Part shown: one piece after another, positions 39,495-49,789 of the stretch
Layout: the number at the start of each line of letters is the position of its first letter
Position numbering within the stretch: position 1 is the first letter of the stretch
DNA from: a virus
Lineage: Duplodnaviria; Caudoviricetes
Reading direction: 5' to 3' (one strand)
Length of the DNA: 52,353 nucleotides
Virus record (IMG/VR): IMGVR_UViG_2029527003_000023
Location: 1 to 52,353 of that record
Program-made: the position numbers and the translations under genes
The notes under the pieces: model-generated
What the model was told of the DNA's origin: nothing
Databases searched by the model: none
Seen by the model: the letters and a program-made list of their open reading frames with translations, nothing else

Positions 39495-41123
39495 ATGAAA
39501 CTGACAGATAAACCGCGTCAGATTGCAGTGCCGTTCGCCAGCGGTACAGCTGACAAAAACACGATCCCCAATAATGCCACGCAGGAAACCAAGGAAAAGG
39601 GCAAAGCTGCCTATGACTCTGGCTTTCCGCCACTCACAATGACAGCAATCGCGGCCGGCGGTATCCCACCGCACGGGAAGGATTTTAACGGACTGCTGAA
39701 CGACATCACTGCGGCAATTCGTTTTTCTCAAGCCGGTGGCCATTATACCTTTGATTCTGCTTTTGCTCAGGCTATCGGCGGATATGCAAAAGGCGCAACG
39801 GTATTAAGCGCTGACGGCTCGAAAATCTGGTGGAATACAGTTGAAGCGAACACAACGGATCCGGATGGCGCCAGTGCAGCGGGCTGGAAAAATCTGTTGG
39901 CGGATCCCAATGGGCTGTTTCTTCAAAAGTCACAAAACCTGGCGGATTTACAAAATAAAGCGGAGGGCCGGAAAAATCTTGAGCTCGGTACTGCTGCGAC
40001 GAAAAACGTCGGCACTGGCAGTGGTAATGTAATGGAAATGGGCACGGCGGGTTTGGGTGTCGGGCCAATAGCCAAAAGCGACGCTTACAGTAACATCGCG
40101 CAGTTTTTCCGCGTAAATGCTTCGTCAGCCAATAAGCCTCCTGCAGTGTCCGGAAACGTATCAGCTGGCGTTGTATGCTTGCCTATGGATGCGGCACCAT
40201 CCTCAGGCTACGTTGCTGTTGTTGGCGGTAATTTGGCGGCGTATGTCGGCATTTCACAAGCAGAGGCTGGCGGGATTACCTGGGCGAGAATTTATACCGA
40301 TAGGTTTAAACCTACTGCTGCCGATGTAAACGCTGTTGCTAAGACTGGCGATAGAATGAGTGGTGCGCTAGGTTCGACTTATACCGACACCTATAGGATC
40401 GTTGCAGGTCAATACGGTACATTCTGGCGTAATGACGGCAATGCCCTCTATCTCATGCTCACCAATGCTGGTGACCAGTGGGGGACATTTAATAACCTGC
40501 GACCGCTTGCTGTCTCCACCAGTGACGGCTCCATAAATGTAGGTACAAGTTTTTCGGTTAATTATACTGGATATATTAATAAGTTAGGGGTTAACCCCTA
40601 TACAAGTAACGGGCAAAGTTTTAACCAAACAAACGGACTGCATATCCAAGGTGCTGGTGACCAATATGGAGATATTTATTATCTTGAGACTGTAGGGAAA
40701 TATGGATCATTATCATTCCATATCCACGGAGGGGGATTGGATGCCTATCCGGCATTTAACAATAATGGTTCGCTTTCTCTTAATGGGAGCTGGCCAGCTA
40801 TAAGCAACTCCGCCGGGACTACATGGCACCCAGACGGCAATGTCGAAGGCCCTCAATGGGGAGGCTACCTTAGCAACTGGCTGAATCAAAACATATCGAA
40901 CGCGCAAAATAACGCACAAAACTGGGCTTATCAAAATCTTGTCCAAAACGTCAGGCTCACTGGACGAATTAACCAGCCTGATACTGGGGGGCAAGTTAGA
41001 GCTCCTGACGGTTGCGTGTTTACTGGTATGTCTGGGGCCAACTATAACCCATCTATTTGGGCTTCTTATTCATATGTCCAAGTTTTAATTAATGGTTCTT
41101 GGCGAAATATAGGGACTTCTTAA
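39495..41123 (+). CDS. Tail fibre protein
   Basis: SGFPPLTM...[13 protein letters not shown]-terminus, KPTAADV repeat element and Gly/Asn-rich C-terminus. Confidence 0.88.
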   Translation: MKLTDKPRQIAVPFASGTADKNTIPNNATQETKEKGKAAYDSGFPPLTMTAIAAGGIPPHGKDFNGLLNDITAAIRFSQAGGHYTFDSAFAQAIGGYAKGATVLSADGSKIWWNTVEANTTDPDGASAAGWKNLLADPNGLFLQKSQNLADLQNKAEGRKNLELGTAATKNVGTGSGNVMEMGTAGLGVGPIAKSDAYSNIAQFFRVNASSANKPPAVSGNVSAGVVCLPMDAAPSSGYVAVVGGNLAAYVGISQAEAGGITWARIYTDRFKPTAADVNAVAKTGDRMSGALGSTYTDTYRIVAGQYGTFWRNDGNALYLMLTNAGDQWGTFNNLRPLAVSTSDGSINVGTSFSVNYTGYINKLGVNPYTSNGQSFNQTNGLHIQGAGDQYGDIYYLETVGKYGSLSFHIHGGGLDAYPAFNNNGSLSLNGSWPAISNSAGTTWHPDGNVEGPQWGGYLSNWLNQNISNAQNNAQNWAYQNLVQNVRLTGRINQPDTGGQVRAPDGCVFTGMSGANYNPSIWASYSYVQVLINGSWRNIGTS

Positions 41124-41125
41124 TC

Positions 41126-41683
41126 ATGGTTAAATTTGAAAACTTTGCTATTTACAAGCCTGATTTTAAATCCACCGAAGAGAATGAGCCAGCATATAGA
41201 CCTGATATTCTTTACGCCAGAGATAAAAATGGGCGAGACTGGTACGCCTGTCAGGCGGATTTTAGTCCAGACACGCTGAAGGTCATGTATGACGAGAATG
41301 GTATTATCGTCTGTATATCAAAAGACGTCACAGCAATTTTCCCTCCTGGTTTCTCAGTAGCAGAGGTGGCGATTAGCGAAACCCCACCTGAAGCGTGCAA
41401 CGATATGACGTGGGTATATCGTGACGGAAGGGTGATTAAGCGCACCTACAGCTCTGCTGAAAAGCGCAAGATGTTACAGGGGGAGAAAGAACGTCGTATC
41501 GCACGTGTTAACCAGGTTACGCAAACCCTCAATAGCAAGTTGCTATTGGGTATGGCTACCGATGAAGAGAAAGCCAAATTGCGGGTATGGATGGACTACG
41601 TTAACGAGATCGAGAAGATCAGCGATGACACAGATCTTGAAAAAATCGTGTGGCCGGAACCGAAAATAAAGCCCTCATGGTAG
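41126..41683 (+). CDS. Tail fibre assembly chaperone
   Basis: GRDWY N-terminal domain; ATDEEKAKLRVWMDY...WPEP C-terminus. Confidence 0.85.
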   Translation: MVKFENFAIYKPDFKSTEENEPAYRPDILYARDKNGRDWYACQADFSPDTLKVMYDENGIIVCISKDVTAIFPPGFSVAEVAISETPPEACNDMTWVYRDGRVIKRTYSSAEKRKMLQGEKERRIARVNQVTQTLNSKLLLGMATDEEKAKLRVWMDYVNEIEKISDDTDLEKIVWPEPKIKPSW

Positions 41684-41696
41684 AGGGCTGAATAGG

Positions 41697-43151
41697 TCAA
41701 TTATTATCCGTTCCCAATGATACAATGGCTGTATTACCTGAAATGAACAGAGAATATTCCTTATTAGTTGAGATTGCTTTAATCCCACTGCTAATCATAC
41801 AAGAAAGCACATTTTTATTGTTTTGTTCATCTCCATAACCATGCAGAGTCTGCGGGAACCCTTTGTTAATTAGTTGAAAAGAGGCTAAAAACTCAGATGC
41901 AGGGCTAAGGAAATAGCCTATTAATGGTTTGTTGTCCACTAACAATTTAGCCCTTTCATTTATATTGACCTGGCCAACTGTTCCGATGGTGGTAATTTCA
42001 TTATGAGTGAGCAAGTCACGACTGACCATGTTAAAAATAAAATCTTCATACTCGCGCTGTGATTTAATGGCACTGCCTAATTGTGCGCTGAATGCAATTG
42101 CTGTAATAACAGGAATTAGTGATAAATATTTCATTTTTGGTAAAAAATAAACAATGGGAATCGAAATTAAAACAAGACACGCTGAGAAGGAAACCAAAGT
42201 CCTGGGGAATACCGGAGCATCTTTAAGAAATATGGTTGGCCCCATCAGTGAAACTAAAAATATAAATAGGGAAATAACCCAATAAAGACTGAATGATAAT
42301 ATAGATTTTTTCTTATGGCGATTTGCAAACAACATGAAAATCAAGCCAGCAACAACTGGAATCAAAAAATAAATATAAACTGGGCCATGGAAATATGATA
42401 GCACCATGTTTTTTAATGAACTAAGCGTAGAGGCTAAATGCTCTAGCCCTTCAGTATTAGCTGATATGATCTCTGCGCGTGAATTACTTTTTGCAGCAAA
42501 GAATAACATGTAAACCATGTAAAAAGAGACGAATAAAGCCGTTTTGTTAAGTATTCTTTTTATAATGTCAGTGGCTTTACAGTCATTTTTTACTGCTGCG
42601 ATCATTACGTCTACAGCAAGTAAACCAATAAATACATTTGCACATGGTTGGTATATGGTTAAAGATAGTACGCCAACGAACAGTTTTACTAAAGTTTGTC
42701 TGGTAGGATTACTGGCTGTATAGGTATAAGCCATAACCGCTAGGAAAAAAGCGATGGACATGCCTAAAGAGTCATATCTGTAAGCGATATTTTGCAGCAT
42801 GAATGGATTAAAAATTAGAAGAGCCGCAACTAATTTGTGTGAAGGAACTTCTAACCTCGATAAATGATCGCTAAGTAAAAGCGATGCCCCACCGATAAAC
42901 AAGCAGGAAGCAATCATAGTATAGGGGTATAGATCAAGGTTGTAGTGGCCACTGGCGGATAAAACTTTCATGAGAATATCTGCAACAGGCCGACCTAATC
43001 CTCTCCATCCATACTGACCAGTTATGGCTCTATCTAGATCATCCCTATAAAAAATACCAGCTTGGATTAATGGATAAATAAAAAGAAGAGCAATCCCTGA
43101 GTAAAGGAGTAGTGCTTTTTTGTCGATTTTACAAAACATTTTAATTCTCAT
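41697..43151 (-). CDS. gtrC: Serotype-specific O-antigen glucosyltransferase (GtrC/GtrII-like)
   Basis: Polytopic membrane protein with YRDD...GWRGLGRP; third gene of the gtr cassette. Confidence 0.8.
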   Translation of the reverse strand: MRIKMFCKIDKKALLLYSGIALLFIYPLIQAGIFYRDDLDRAITGQYGWRGLGRPVADILMKVLSASGHYNLDLYPYTMIASCLFIGGASLLLSDHLSRLEVPSHKLVAALLIFNPFMLQNIAYRYDSLGMSIAFFLAVMAYTYTASNPTRQTLVKLFVGVLSLTIYQPCANVFIGLLAVDVMIAAVKNDCKATDIIKRILNKTALFVSFYMVYMLFFAAKSNSRAEIISANTEGLEHLASTLSSLKNMVLSYFHGPVYIYFLIPVVAGLIFMLFANRHKKKSILSFSLYWVISLFIFLVSLMGPTIFLKDAPVFPRTLVSFSACLVLISIPIVYFLPKMKYLSLIPVITAIAFSAQLGSAIKSQREYEDFIFNMVSRDLLTHNEITTIGTVGQVNINERAKLLVDNKPLIGYFLSPASEFLASFQLINKGFPQTLHGYGDEQNNKNVLSCMISSGIKAISTNKEYSLFISGNTAIVSLGTDNN

Positions 43152-43152
43152 C

Positions 43153-44064
43153 TCACTTCTTTATTATATAGCGTGGGCGACGTTTGGTTTCAATGTATAT
43201 TCTACCAATATATTCCCCAAGCACTCCGATTCCTATAAGCTGTACACCGCCAAGGAAAAGAATGGAAACAATAATTGAAGGGTAGCCAGCTACCGGGTTG
43301 CCCCAAATAACCTTATCTATGATCATCCATGCGCCATACATGAAGGAAATTGCAGCAACAAAAAATCCAATGTAAGCCCAAACACGAAGAGGGAAGGTGG
43401 AAAAACTTGTAATTCCCTCTATTGCCAAATTCCAAAGCTTCCAGCCATTAAATTTGCTGGTTCCTGCGACTCGCTCGGCTCTAGAGTATTCAACAATTTC
43501 AACATTTCCGCCAACCCAGCTAAGGATACCTTTCATAAATAGGTTTCTCTCTGGAAGTAATTTAATGCTTTCTACCACTTCCCTGGTCATCAGCCTAAAA
43601 TCACCTACATTCTCTTCTATGGCCGGTTTACTTATTTTATTGTGTACTCGATAAAACCATTCTGCTGTTTTTCTCTTCATTCGGCCATCGCATTGCCTAT
43701 CCATACGTTTAGCCAACACCACGTCTGCACCATCTTGCCACTTATTCAATAATAGTGGGATAACATCAATTGGATCTTGAAGGTCAACGTCAATTGGGAT
43801 AATAGCATCGCCGGTAGCGGCTTCCAAACCAGCAAATAATGCAGGTTCTTTCCCGAAATTCCTGGAAAAATTTATTGATTTAACATTTTGATCATCATTA
43901 GATAAGGAAGACAGTATTTCTTCCGTTCTATCTGAGCTACCATCGTTGACGAAAACGATCTCTACATCTATATGCTGAAAAGGTTTAAACTGACGCACAG
44001 ATTGGTAGAATAGAGGAATTGCTTCTTCCTCGTTGAATACGGGAACTACAAGTGAAATTTTCAT
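43153..44064 (-). CDS. gtrB: Bactoprenol glucosyltransferase (GT2)
   Basis: [26 protein letters not shown] and IDVDLQDP; two C-terminal TMs. Confidence 0.95.
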   Translation of the reverse strand: MKISLVVPVFNEEEAIPLFYQSVRQFKPFQHIDVEIVFVNDGSSDRTEEILSSLSNDDQNVKSINFSRNFGKEPALFAGLEAATGDAIIPIDVDLQDPIDVIPLLLNKWQDGADVVLAKRMDRQCDGRMKRKTAEWFYRVHNKISKPAIEENVGDFRLMTREVVESIKLLPERNLFMKGILSWVGGNVEIVEYSRAERVAGTSKFNGWKLWNLAIEGITSFSTFPLRVWAYIGFFVAAISFMYGAWMIIDKVIWGNPVAGYPSIIVSILFLGGVQLIGIGVLGEYIGRIYIETKRRPRYIIKK

Positions 44065-44417
44065 TTATCTTCCCTGAAGACAACTAACTTAGAATAAATG
44101 AAGCCACAGATTAGGCTGATCACTGAAAAAGTAACGAGAGTTACAATTGGGTTTGCATGTAGCGTATCTGCTGCCCAACCGACAGAGAATGCCATACCTC
44201 CCATAAACAACACATACACCATATAGCGGTAAGTTGTAGCTTGTGCCTTGAACGTCCACTTGGCGTTAGCAAAGAACGAAACGGTTACAGCGATGCCAAA
44301 AGCGACAACATTTGAAACTGATTGTGAGAAACCGCTAAAGAGCATGAGCCCAAAAACAGCCCAGTGAGCCAGGGTATTCATTACCCCTACAGATGCATAA
44401 CGTATAAAAGTATTCAA
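44061..44417 (-). CDS. gtrA: Bactoprenol-linked glucose translocase
   Basis: Four-TM protein; YASVGVMNT...[10 protein letters not shown]...YSKLVVFR. Confidence 0.92.
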   Translation of the reverse strand: MNTFIRYASVGVMNTLAHWAVFGLMLFSGFSQSVSNVVAFGIAVTVSFFANAKWTFKAQATTYRYMVYVLFMGGMAFSVGWAADTLHANPIVTLVTFSVISLICGFIYSKLVVFREDK

Positions 44418-44835
44418 TGCGTAAAATTCTTAAATGTTGGTTTGCCATATTCTGCCATCGCATGATATTGATGGCAAAATTTTCTAGCCCATCAAGATGA
44501 TAAGTAAGCACAATCACTATCGTTGGGGCATGGTGACGTACTGTAGTAACAACGTATGACTCCCAGCACGCCGTCCGTCAGCGTTGCCTCACGCCACCTG
44601 ATAGTTGGGTTCTGGCGCTCCTCTCAGACTGATATCTCAAGGGATAATGTCGCGATAAACATCGGCACAGTGTTCTACTTGTGGACGCGAAAACGCGCTG
44701 AAGGTCGAACTTCGATCGTGAGTTGTAGCCTGGAGGGAACTCGGCCATTCATCAAAACTATCTTTCTTTACCGATCAATATCCTACCTTTCTAACAAAAA
44801 TCCGAACTTTCCCCCGTCAAAATCTTGCGCATATA

Positions 44836-44851
44836 CTGTATAAAAACACAG
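44836..44851. promoter_or_regulatory. LexA (SOS) box upstream of umuD
   Basis: TA-CTGTATAAAAACACAG-TA, near consensus. Confidence 0.9.
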
Positions 44852-44866
44852 TAACAAGGCAACATT

Positions 44867-45289
44867 ATGACTTTCTTTTATCCAACACCAAACCCAACCA
44901 AGCTCAAAATCCCGCTTTTCGCCGACAAGGTGCCGGCGGGGTTTCCCAGTCCTGCAGCAGATTACGTCAGTTCGCGCATCGATCTGAACGAGTACTGCAT
45001 CAGCCATCCCAATGCGACCTATTTTCTCTATGCGACAGGTGATTCCATGCTTGAGGCCGGGATCACTGAGGGCTCTATGCTTGTTGTTGACCGCAGCATC
45101 AGCCCAGCCCATGGAGATATTGTTATTGCCAGCATAGCCGGCGAGTTCACCGTGAAGCGTCTCTGTTTGCATCCTCGCGCGCAATTGGAACCCATGAACC
45201 CGAAGTATGAGCCGATCCTGCTTCATGATGGCGGTGACGATCTGGAGGTGATGGGCGTTGTTGTGTCTTCGATAACGAGGCTCAAGTGA
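44867..45289 (+). CDS. umuD: DNA polymerase V subunit UmuD
   Basis: AGFPSPA cleavage site; GDSM (Ser) and TVKRL (Lys) catalytic dyad. Confidence 0.93.
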   Translation: MTFFYPTPNPTKLKIPLFADKVPAGFPSPAADYVSSRIDLNEYCISHPNATYFLYATGDSMLEAGITEGSMLVVDRSISPAHGDIVIASIAGEFTVKRLCLHPRAQLEPMNPKYEPILLHDGGDDLEVMGVVVSSITRLK

Positions 45290-46557
45290 TGTACGCGCTT
45301 GCTGATGTGAACAGCTTCTACGCGAGCTGCGAAACGTTGTGGCGCCCAGATCTGCGAGGGCGTCCTGTCGTCGTTCTGTCGAATAATGACGGATGCGTCG
45401 TAGCCAGGAGCAAGGAAGCGAAGGCGTTAGGGTTAAAGATGGGAGAACCCTATTTCAAAATTAAGCGGGAATTTGAGCGCGCAGGGGGCATCGCGTTCAG
45501 CAGCAACTATGAGCTATACGCCGACATGTCTCAGCGTGTGATGGCTGTTTTAGAAGAGATGGCGCCACGCGTAGAAGTGTATTCAATTGACGAAAGTTTT
45601 CTTGATCTGACTGGAGTTCGTAACTGCATTGATCTGGATACTTTCGGCCGCCAGGTGAGGGCCAAGGTACTGCGCAACACTGGGCTAACTGTAGGCGTTG
45701 GCATTGCCCAAACCAAGACGTTAGCCAAGCTGGCAAACTTCGCGGCGAAGAAGTGGGACAAGACTGGCGGAGTAGTGGATCTGTCCAATGAAGGGCGCCA
45801 GCGCAAATTGATGGGCCTCGTGCCTGTCGATGAGGTCTGGGGTATCGGACGCCGGATATCGAAAAAGCTCAACATGATGGGTATAGAAACGGCACTACAA
45901 CTGGCCGATGCAAGCACTACGATGATCCGCAAGCATTTCAGCGTTGTGATAGAGCGAACCGTCCGCGAGCTACGTGGTCAGCCTTGTCTCGAGCTGGAGG
46001 AGTTTGCGCCGACAAAACAACAGATCATCTGCAGCCGCAGCTTCGGAGATCGGATAACCGATTATGACCAGATGCATCAGGCTATTTGCATGTACGCGAC
46101 GCGTGCAGCGGAGAAGCTGAGGGAGGAGCATCAGTATTGCCGGCATGTTAGCGCGTGGCTCAAAACCAGCCCATTTGCTATCAATGAGGAATACTACGGC
46201 AATACTGCAAGCATAAAACTGAGCGTACCCACACAGGATACTCGCGATATTATTGCCGCGGCTATGCGTTGCCTTGATGCGATTTGGCAACCCGGTCATC
46301 GGTATCAAAAAGGCGGGGTGATGCTGCAGGATTTTTACAGTCAGGGCGTGGCTCAGTTGGGGTTGTTCGATGAGTACAAACCACGGCATAACAGCGAACA
46401 ACTGATGGGGGTGCTTGATCGGATTAATAACTCGGGGAAGGCAAAACTGTGGTTCGCAGGACAAGGGGCGCATCAGGTGTGGTCAATGAAGCGTGAGCTA
46501 CTGTCGCCGGCATACACGACACGGCTGAGTGATCTGCCGCGTGCGCGAGTATATTAG
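45289..46557 (+). CDS. umuC: DNA polymerase V subunit UmuC
   Basis: [23 protein letters not shown] and LSPAYTT motifs. Confidence 0.95.
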   Translation: MYALADVNSFYASCETLWRPDLRGRPVVVLSNNDGCVVARSKEAKALGLKMGEPYFKIKREFERAGGIAFSSNYELYADMSQRVMAVLEEMAPRVEVYSIDESFLDLTGVRNCIDLDTFGRQVRAKVLRNTGLTVGVGIAQTKTLAKLANFAAKKWDKTGGVVDLSNEGRQRKLMGLVPVDEVWGIGRRISKKLNMMGIETALQLADASTTMIRKHFSVVIERTVRELRGQPCLELEEFAPTKQQIICSRSFGDRITDYDQMHQAICMYATRAAEKLREEHQYCRHVSAWLKTSPFAINEEYYGNTASIKLSVPTQDTRDIIAAAMRCLDAIWQPGHRYQKGGVMLQDFYSQGVAQLGLFDEYKPRHNSEQLMGVLDRINNSGKAKLWFAGQGAHQVWSMKRELLSPAYTTRLSDLPRARVY

Positions 46558-46726
46558 CGTTTGTGATTGAGAGTTTTAGTACCTAAATTATTCCGAATTG
46601 CTCCGAGGGTTCTGGTAACTATCTGAAATTAAAAGCATGGAATGCAAGGTATAGCAAGGGATTGCAAAGACCGAAAGGTTGATAAGGCGTTGTTAAAAAA
46701 GGATATTTTCATTCTTCTTCGTATAA

Positions 46727-46750
46727 AGGAATCGTATTCGGTCTTTTTTT
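46727..46750. repeat. attR core of the intact prophage / left end of the older remnant
   Basis: Identical to 557-580. Confidence 0.92.
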
Positions 46751-46828
46751 AACTTATTGTTTTTAAAGTGATTTTTTCGAGGTTATCGAAATTTCTCGAA
46801 ATTCTCTCGAATTTTGATATTCGGTCTT

Positions 46829-47092
46829 TTACAGCATTATGAATTCTTTCCCCCTCGTATTGAGGTATTTCAACGTCATCATTTCCGTTGTATGCCCCAG
46901 CAGCTTTTGAGCAAATGCCTTGTCGTTCTGCTTTTCGTACTGGCGGCCGGACAGGCTTCGAATCTCGTGGAACATCGGCGGGCTTTCCTGAAATTCCAAA
47001 CCTGATGCTTTCCGCGCGGCGACAAATTTTTTCGTTAACCCATCTGGGTAAAGATAGCCATCCGGGCTGTTTTTGCGTATGCCAGTGCTAAT
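46829..47092 (-). pseudogene. int: Integrase C-terminal fragment
   Basis: Closely similar to 659-922 (ISTGIRKNS...FHEIRSL...LLGH); the 5' part is deleted. Confidence 0.9.
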
Positions 47093-47423
47093 TGGATATG
47101 TATGGAGTGCTGTCTCGTTGGGGCGTCTGGGCGCGAGAAAGTAGTAGCCTTGATTATTCACCAATTGCTGCAGGCTTTAATAGGCTACTACCTCATTCGC
47201 CCAATGGTAAGTTGTCTTGCTGCGATGATGACGGGTTGGTAATTGATGGATGTGTGGCCAGGCCGAAGAGTGCCATCTAGTGATTGCGCACCATGTTTAT
47301 GGAATATCTTTACGAAAGATTGCCAGGAAGCGTAAGTGCTCAGATGGAACTATTAGGAAGGAAATGCAGACAGTTGAAGATGTTATCGGCGGGGGCCTGG
47401 CTATATTGGGGGGCACACATTGA
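47092..47423 (+). pseudogene. Antiterminator Q pseudogene
   Basis: VLSRWGVWA...CCDDDGLVIDGCVAR, then after a frameshift GISLRKIARKRKCSDGTIRKEMQ; a different Q family from 15073..15633. Confidence 0.8.
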
Positions 47424-47470
47424 ATAGCTGAATTAATCAACCCTTACCAAGCTACATTTAATGGTAAGGG

Positions 47471-47905
47471 TTATCGCAATCCGATAAGTATTACTGAAAA
47501 ACGTCGCCCGGCCTCTATCAAGTACAGAAAGCTCAAACATGTGAAAAACAATGCACTTGAGAAGAAACAAAATACCAGCTTCCCATGAGATAGTAAAGTT
47601 ACGATACTTATAACAATTACAATTATTAAAAACAAACAGGTTAGCACCGTGTCGGATATTAATCTGCTATAGTGGCCTGTCTTAATCATATTTGCGATTA
47701 GCTTTTTATCTATAAGTGCAGTCAAAAGTGAAATAGAGGTAATCAGGAAGCCTAGAAGCGTGCCAGCCAACCCCACAATTACTCCTGATGCGCTTATCGC
47801 AGTTTCGGGTTTTATTTGAGCATCAAACTTCCAAAAAAAGTACACAGCAATGGCGCTTACAATTGACCTAATCGAGAGCGCGCCCCATCTCACCAAAGTA
47901 GTCAT
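47471..47905 (-). CDS. Hypothetical multi-TM membrane protein
   Basis: About four hydrophobic segments; overlaps the upstream gene by 38 nt. Confidence 0.78.
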   Translation of the reverse strand: MTTLVRWGALSIRSIVSAIAVYFFWKFDAQIKPETAISASGVIVGLAGTLLGFLITSISLLTALIDKKLIANMIKTGHYSRLISDTVLTCLFLIIVIVISIVTLLSHGKLVFCFFSSALFFTCLSFLYLIEAGRRFSVILIGLR

Positions 47906-48755
47906 CTATTCCCTCCTGGCATTCAGCCTTCGCCGTATCTAGCAGATTATACATGGTTATGGCGGGCGGGAAATGAGCATCAGTTTCGATTTGTTGTATG
48001 GAGAATACGCGATCAGCTATAAGGTCTATAGGATGTTCAATACCTTCATCAAAAACATAAGCCCTTGCTGTCGTCGCTCCAGACTGAACCAAGGCTCGAA
48101 GTGTATCTTTTAAGCGATTGCTCATTTTCCCTTCGGTATCTGCTCGACGCAGGTCTACACCCATTGTTACCTTTAAACTGTCAGCATCAACCCCATTCAT
48201 AAGATCGATCATGCCACGACCGTAGTTATCTGCCGGGTATAAATCTGGATTGGTTGGCCTGGGAAGTGTGAACTCAATTTTCTTCAATGTCACATCTCCA
48301 CTCATCAACCGCCCGATTGCATCAGCTTGTAATATTGGGGCGGCCGATATTTTGCAGTCGGCAATAGCGCTAAGAAATCCTGCGAACTGATTAATACTGC
48401 TAGAATGGCTGTTTTTGTGCCAAGCAACGATGTCATTTTCGACATAGTAGGCAAAAAAGTTTCTTTCTATCAATCCTTCGTTATCATCTAATTCTATCTC
48501 TTGAGATTGTCCCCCAACTTTTCCTATCTCTGGTATGTCTGTAGTTCTGAATTTCCTGAACTGACCATAAATTGCACGAGGATTTCTTTTGTTTCTTAAT
48601 CCCCAGATTTCCCTCGTGTATCCACCCTGATTCAGGGCGGTTTGAGTATCATCATCATTTTCTAAGAGCTCAAAGAGTGTTTCGAAACTATCGATTTCTC
48701 TATTTGGCGTTAACGATAATTGGAAAAACTCAACCTTATAATTCTTTTCGGCCAT
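47868..48755 (-). CDS. Hypothetical soluble protein (DUF6731-like, tentative)
   Basis: Intact 295-aa ORF from ATG 48755 (MAEKNYKVEFF...IDLIADRV); the family name is from recall only. Confidence 0.7.
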   Translation of the reverse strand: MAEKNYKVEFFQLSLTPNREIDSFETLFELLENDDDTQTALNQGGYTREIWGLRNKRNPRAIYGQFRKFRTTDIPEIGKVGGQSQEIELDDNEGLIERNFFAYYVENDIVAWHKNSHSSSINQFAGFLSAIADCKISAAPILQADAIGRLMSGDVTLKKIEFTLPRPTNPDLYPADNYGRGMIDLMNGVDADSLKVTMGVDLRRADTEGKMSNRLKDTLRALVQSGATTARAYVFDEGIEHPIDLIADRVFSIQQIETDAHFPPAITMYNLLDTAKAECQEGIDDYFGEMGRALD

Positions 48756-48821
48756 AATAATTAACCTGATAATTATTCTTTTAGTATTCTCAAATGGATA
48801 GATAAGAGCATACAAAAAAAT

Positions 48822-48865
48822 TAACGCGTACGCAAAAAATTGTTGCAACGTGTTAAGTGTAGTTA
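48822..48865 (+). promoter_or_regulatory. Putative late promoter (pR') region of the remnant
   Basis: TAACGCGTACGCAAAAAA...GTGTTAAG resembles the sequence I recall downstream of this Q family. Confidence 0.45.
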
Positions 48866-48866
48866 T

Positions 48867-49192
48867 CGGCACCGATATTATTCCTGGCAATCGATACAGC
48901 GATACAGCGACGTGCTCCTAAAGCCGAGCTGCGAAAATTTGCTCGCATCGTTGATCCGGCTATCAAGGTGAAAACCACGGAAACCCAGCGCGCCGCTATT
49001 TACTCGTTCTCGTACAACGTCGGCCCGTATGCGTTTATCGGCTCCACGATGCTGAAAAAATTGAATGCCGGCGACCCGGCCGGCGCGTGCGGTGAACTGA
49101 AGCGCCGGAAGTATGCCGACGGCAAAGAGTGGAAAGGGCTGATCACCCGGCGTGAAGTCGAAAACACCGTCTGCACCTGGGGCCAATCATGA
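48867..49192 (+). pseudogene. 5'-truncated endolysin
   Basis: Homologous to the 3' two-thirds of 17023..17514; lacks the SAR segment and catalytic triad. Confidence 0.88.
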
Positions 49193-49575
49193 ACGGCTGG
49201 ATGAGAAAGATCGCCGGCGGCAGCCTGGTGCTCCTGTTGTTGGTGGCTATTTTTCTTGGCGGTTACAGTTCGCTGTTGTCGCACCGGTTGGAGCTGGCAC
49301 GCCAGCAGACTGCAGAACAACAGAAGACGCTTGCACAACAGGCCGGGCTGATAGCCACGCTGCAGACGCAAGATGTGCAGAATCGCGCGCTGATGGCGGC
49401 GCAGCAACAACGCGAGCAGCAGTTGCGTCAGCAGCACGACACCGCCCAAAGGAAATACCGTGAAGCGATTAAAAACGATCCCTGCGCTGGTCAGCCTCTG
49501 CCTGCCGATGTGCTTGAGCTCTTGCGCCCGGTCACCGGCACAGCCCCCGGCGCCGTTAATCCTCTTTCCCCCTGA
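49189..49575 (+). CDS. Inner-membrane spanin (second copy)
   Basis: Same length as and highly similar to 17514..17900. Confidence 0.82.
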   Translation: MNGWMRKIAGGSLVLLLLVAIFLGGYSSLLSHRLELARQQTAEQQKTLAQQAGLIATLQTQDVQNRALMAAQQQREQQLRQQHDTAQRKYREAIKNDPCAGQPLPADVLELLRPVTGTAPGAVNPLSP

Positions 49576-49789
49576 ATCCGTATTCACCCCATGTGAGAAA
49601 CCTCAACTGCTGGGCGATACCTGGGGCGACGCACTCAGCTACACGCTAGCGCTGCAAACCTCACTGCAAATATGTGCGGGGCAAGTTTCTACACTGACTC
49701 AGTGGAGGACGGGAGTACTAGGAATTAACCGTCAGCCTAAAGATGGGGAAAATAGCCCTTTCGCAAAACTTATGTGGTTTAGTATTTAA
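49460..49789 (+). CDS. Outer-membrane spanin (second copy, C-terminally extended)
   Basis: Lipobox LSSC; similar to 17785..18051. Confidence 0.7.
   Translation: MKRLKTIPALVSLCLPMCLSSCARSPAQPPAPLILFPPESVFTPCEKPQLLGDTWGDALSYTLALQTSLQICAGQVSTLTQWRTGVLGINRQPKDGENSPFAKLMWFSI

Larger units (their letters stand above)
557..46750. mobile_element. Apparently intact temperate prophage (lambdoid early region, myovirus-type tail) integrated in the sdsR 3' end
   Basis: Direct-repeat att cores flank complete int/xis, immunity, replication, Q, lysis, head, contractile tail and fibre modules; no obvious broken core gene. Confidence 0.95.

Noticed and set aside
39495-41683. Tail-fibre inversion system or diversity-generating retroelement
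   Set aside because: No invertase, reverse transcriptase, second fibre tip or TR/VR repeat pair is visible.
44418-44780. Dam/OxyR phase-variation switch upstream of gtrA
   Set aside because: Only two GATC sites, about 300 bp or more upstream, and no paired GATC/OxyR arrangement like that of Salmonella gtr.
44556-44843. 95-aa + strand ORF
   Set aside because: No motif, no clear RBS, and it runs into the umuD LexA box.
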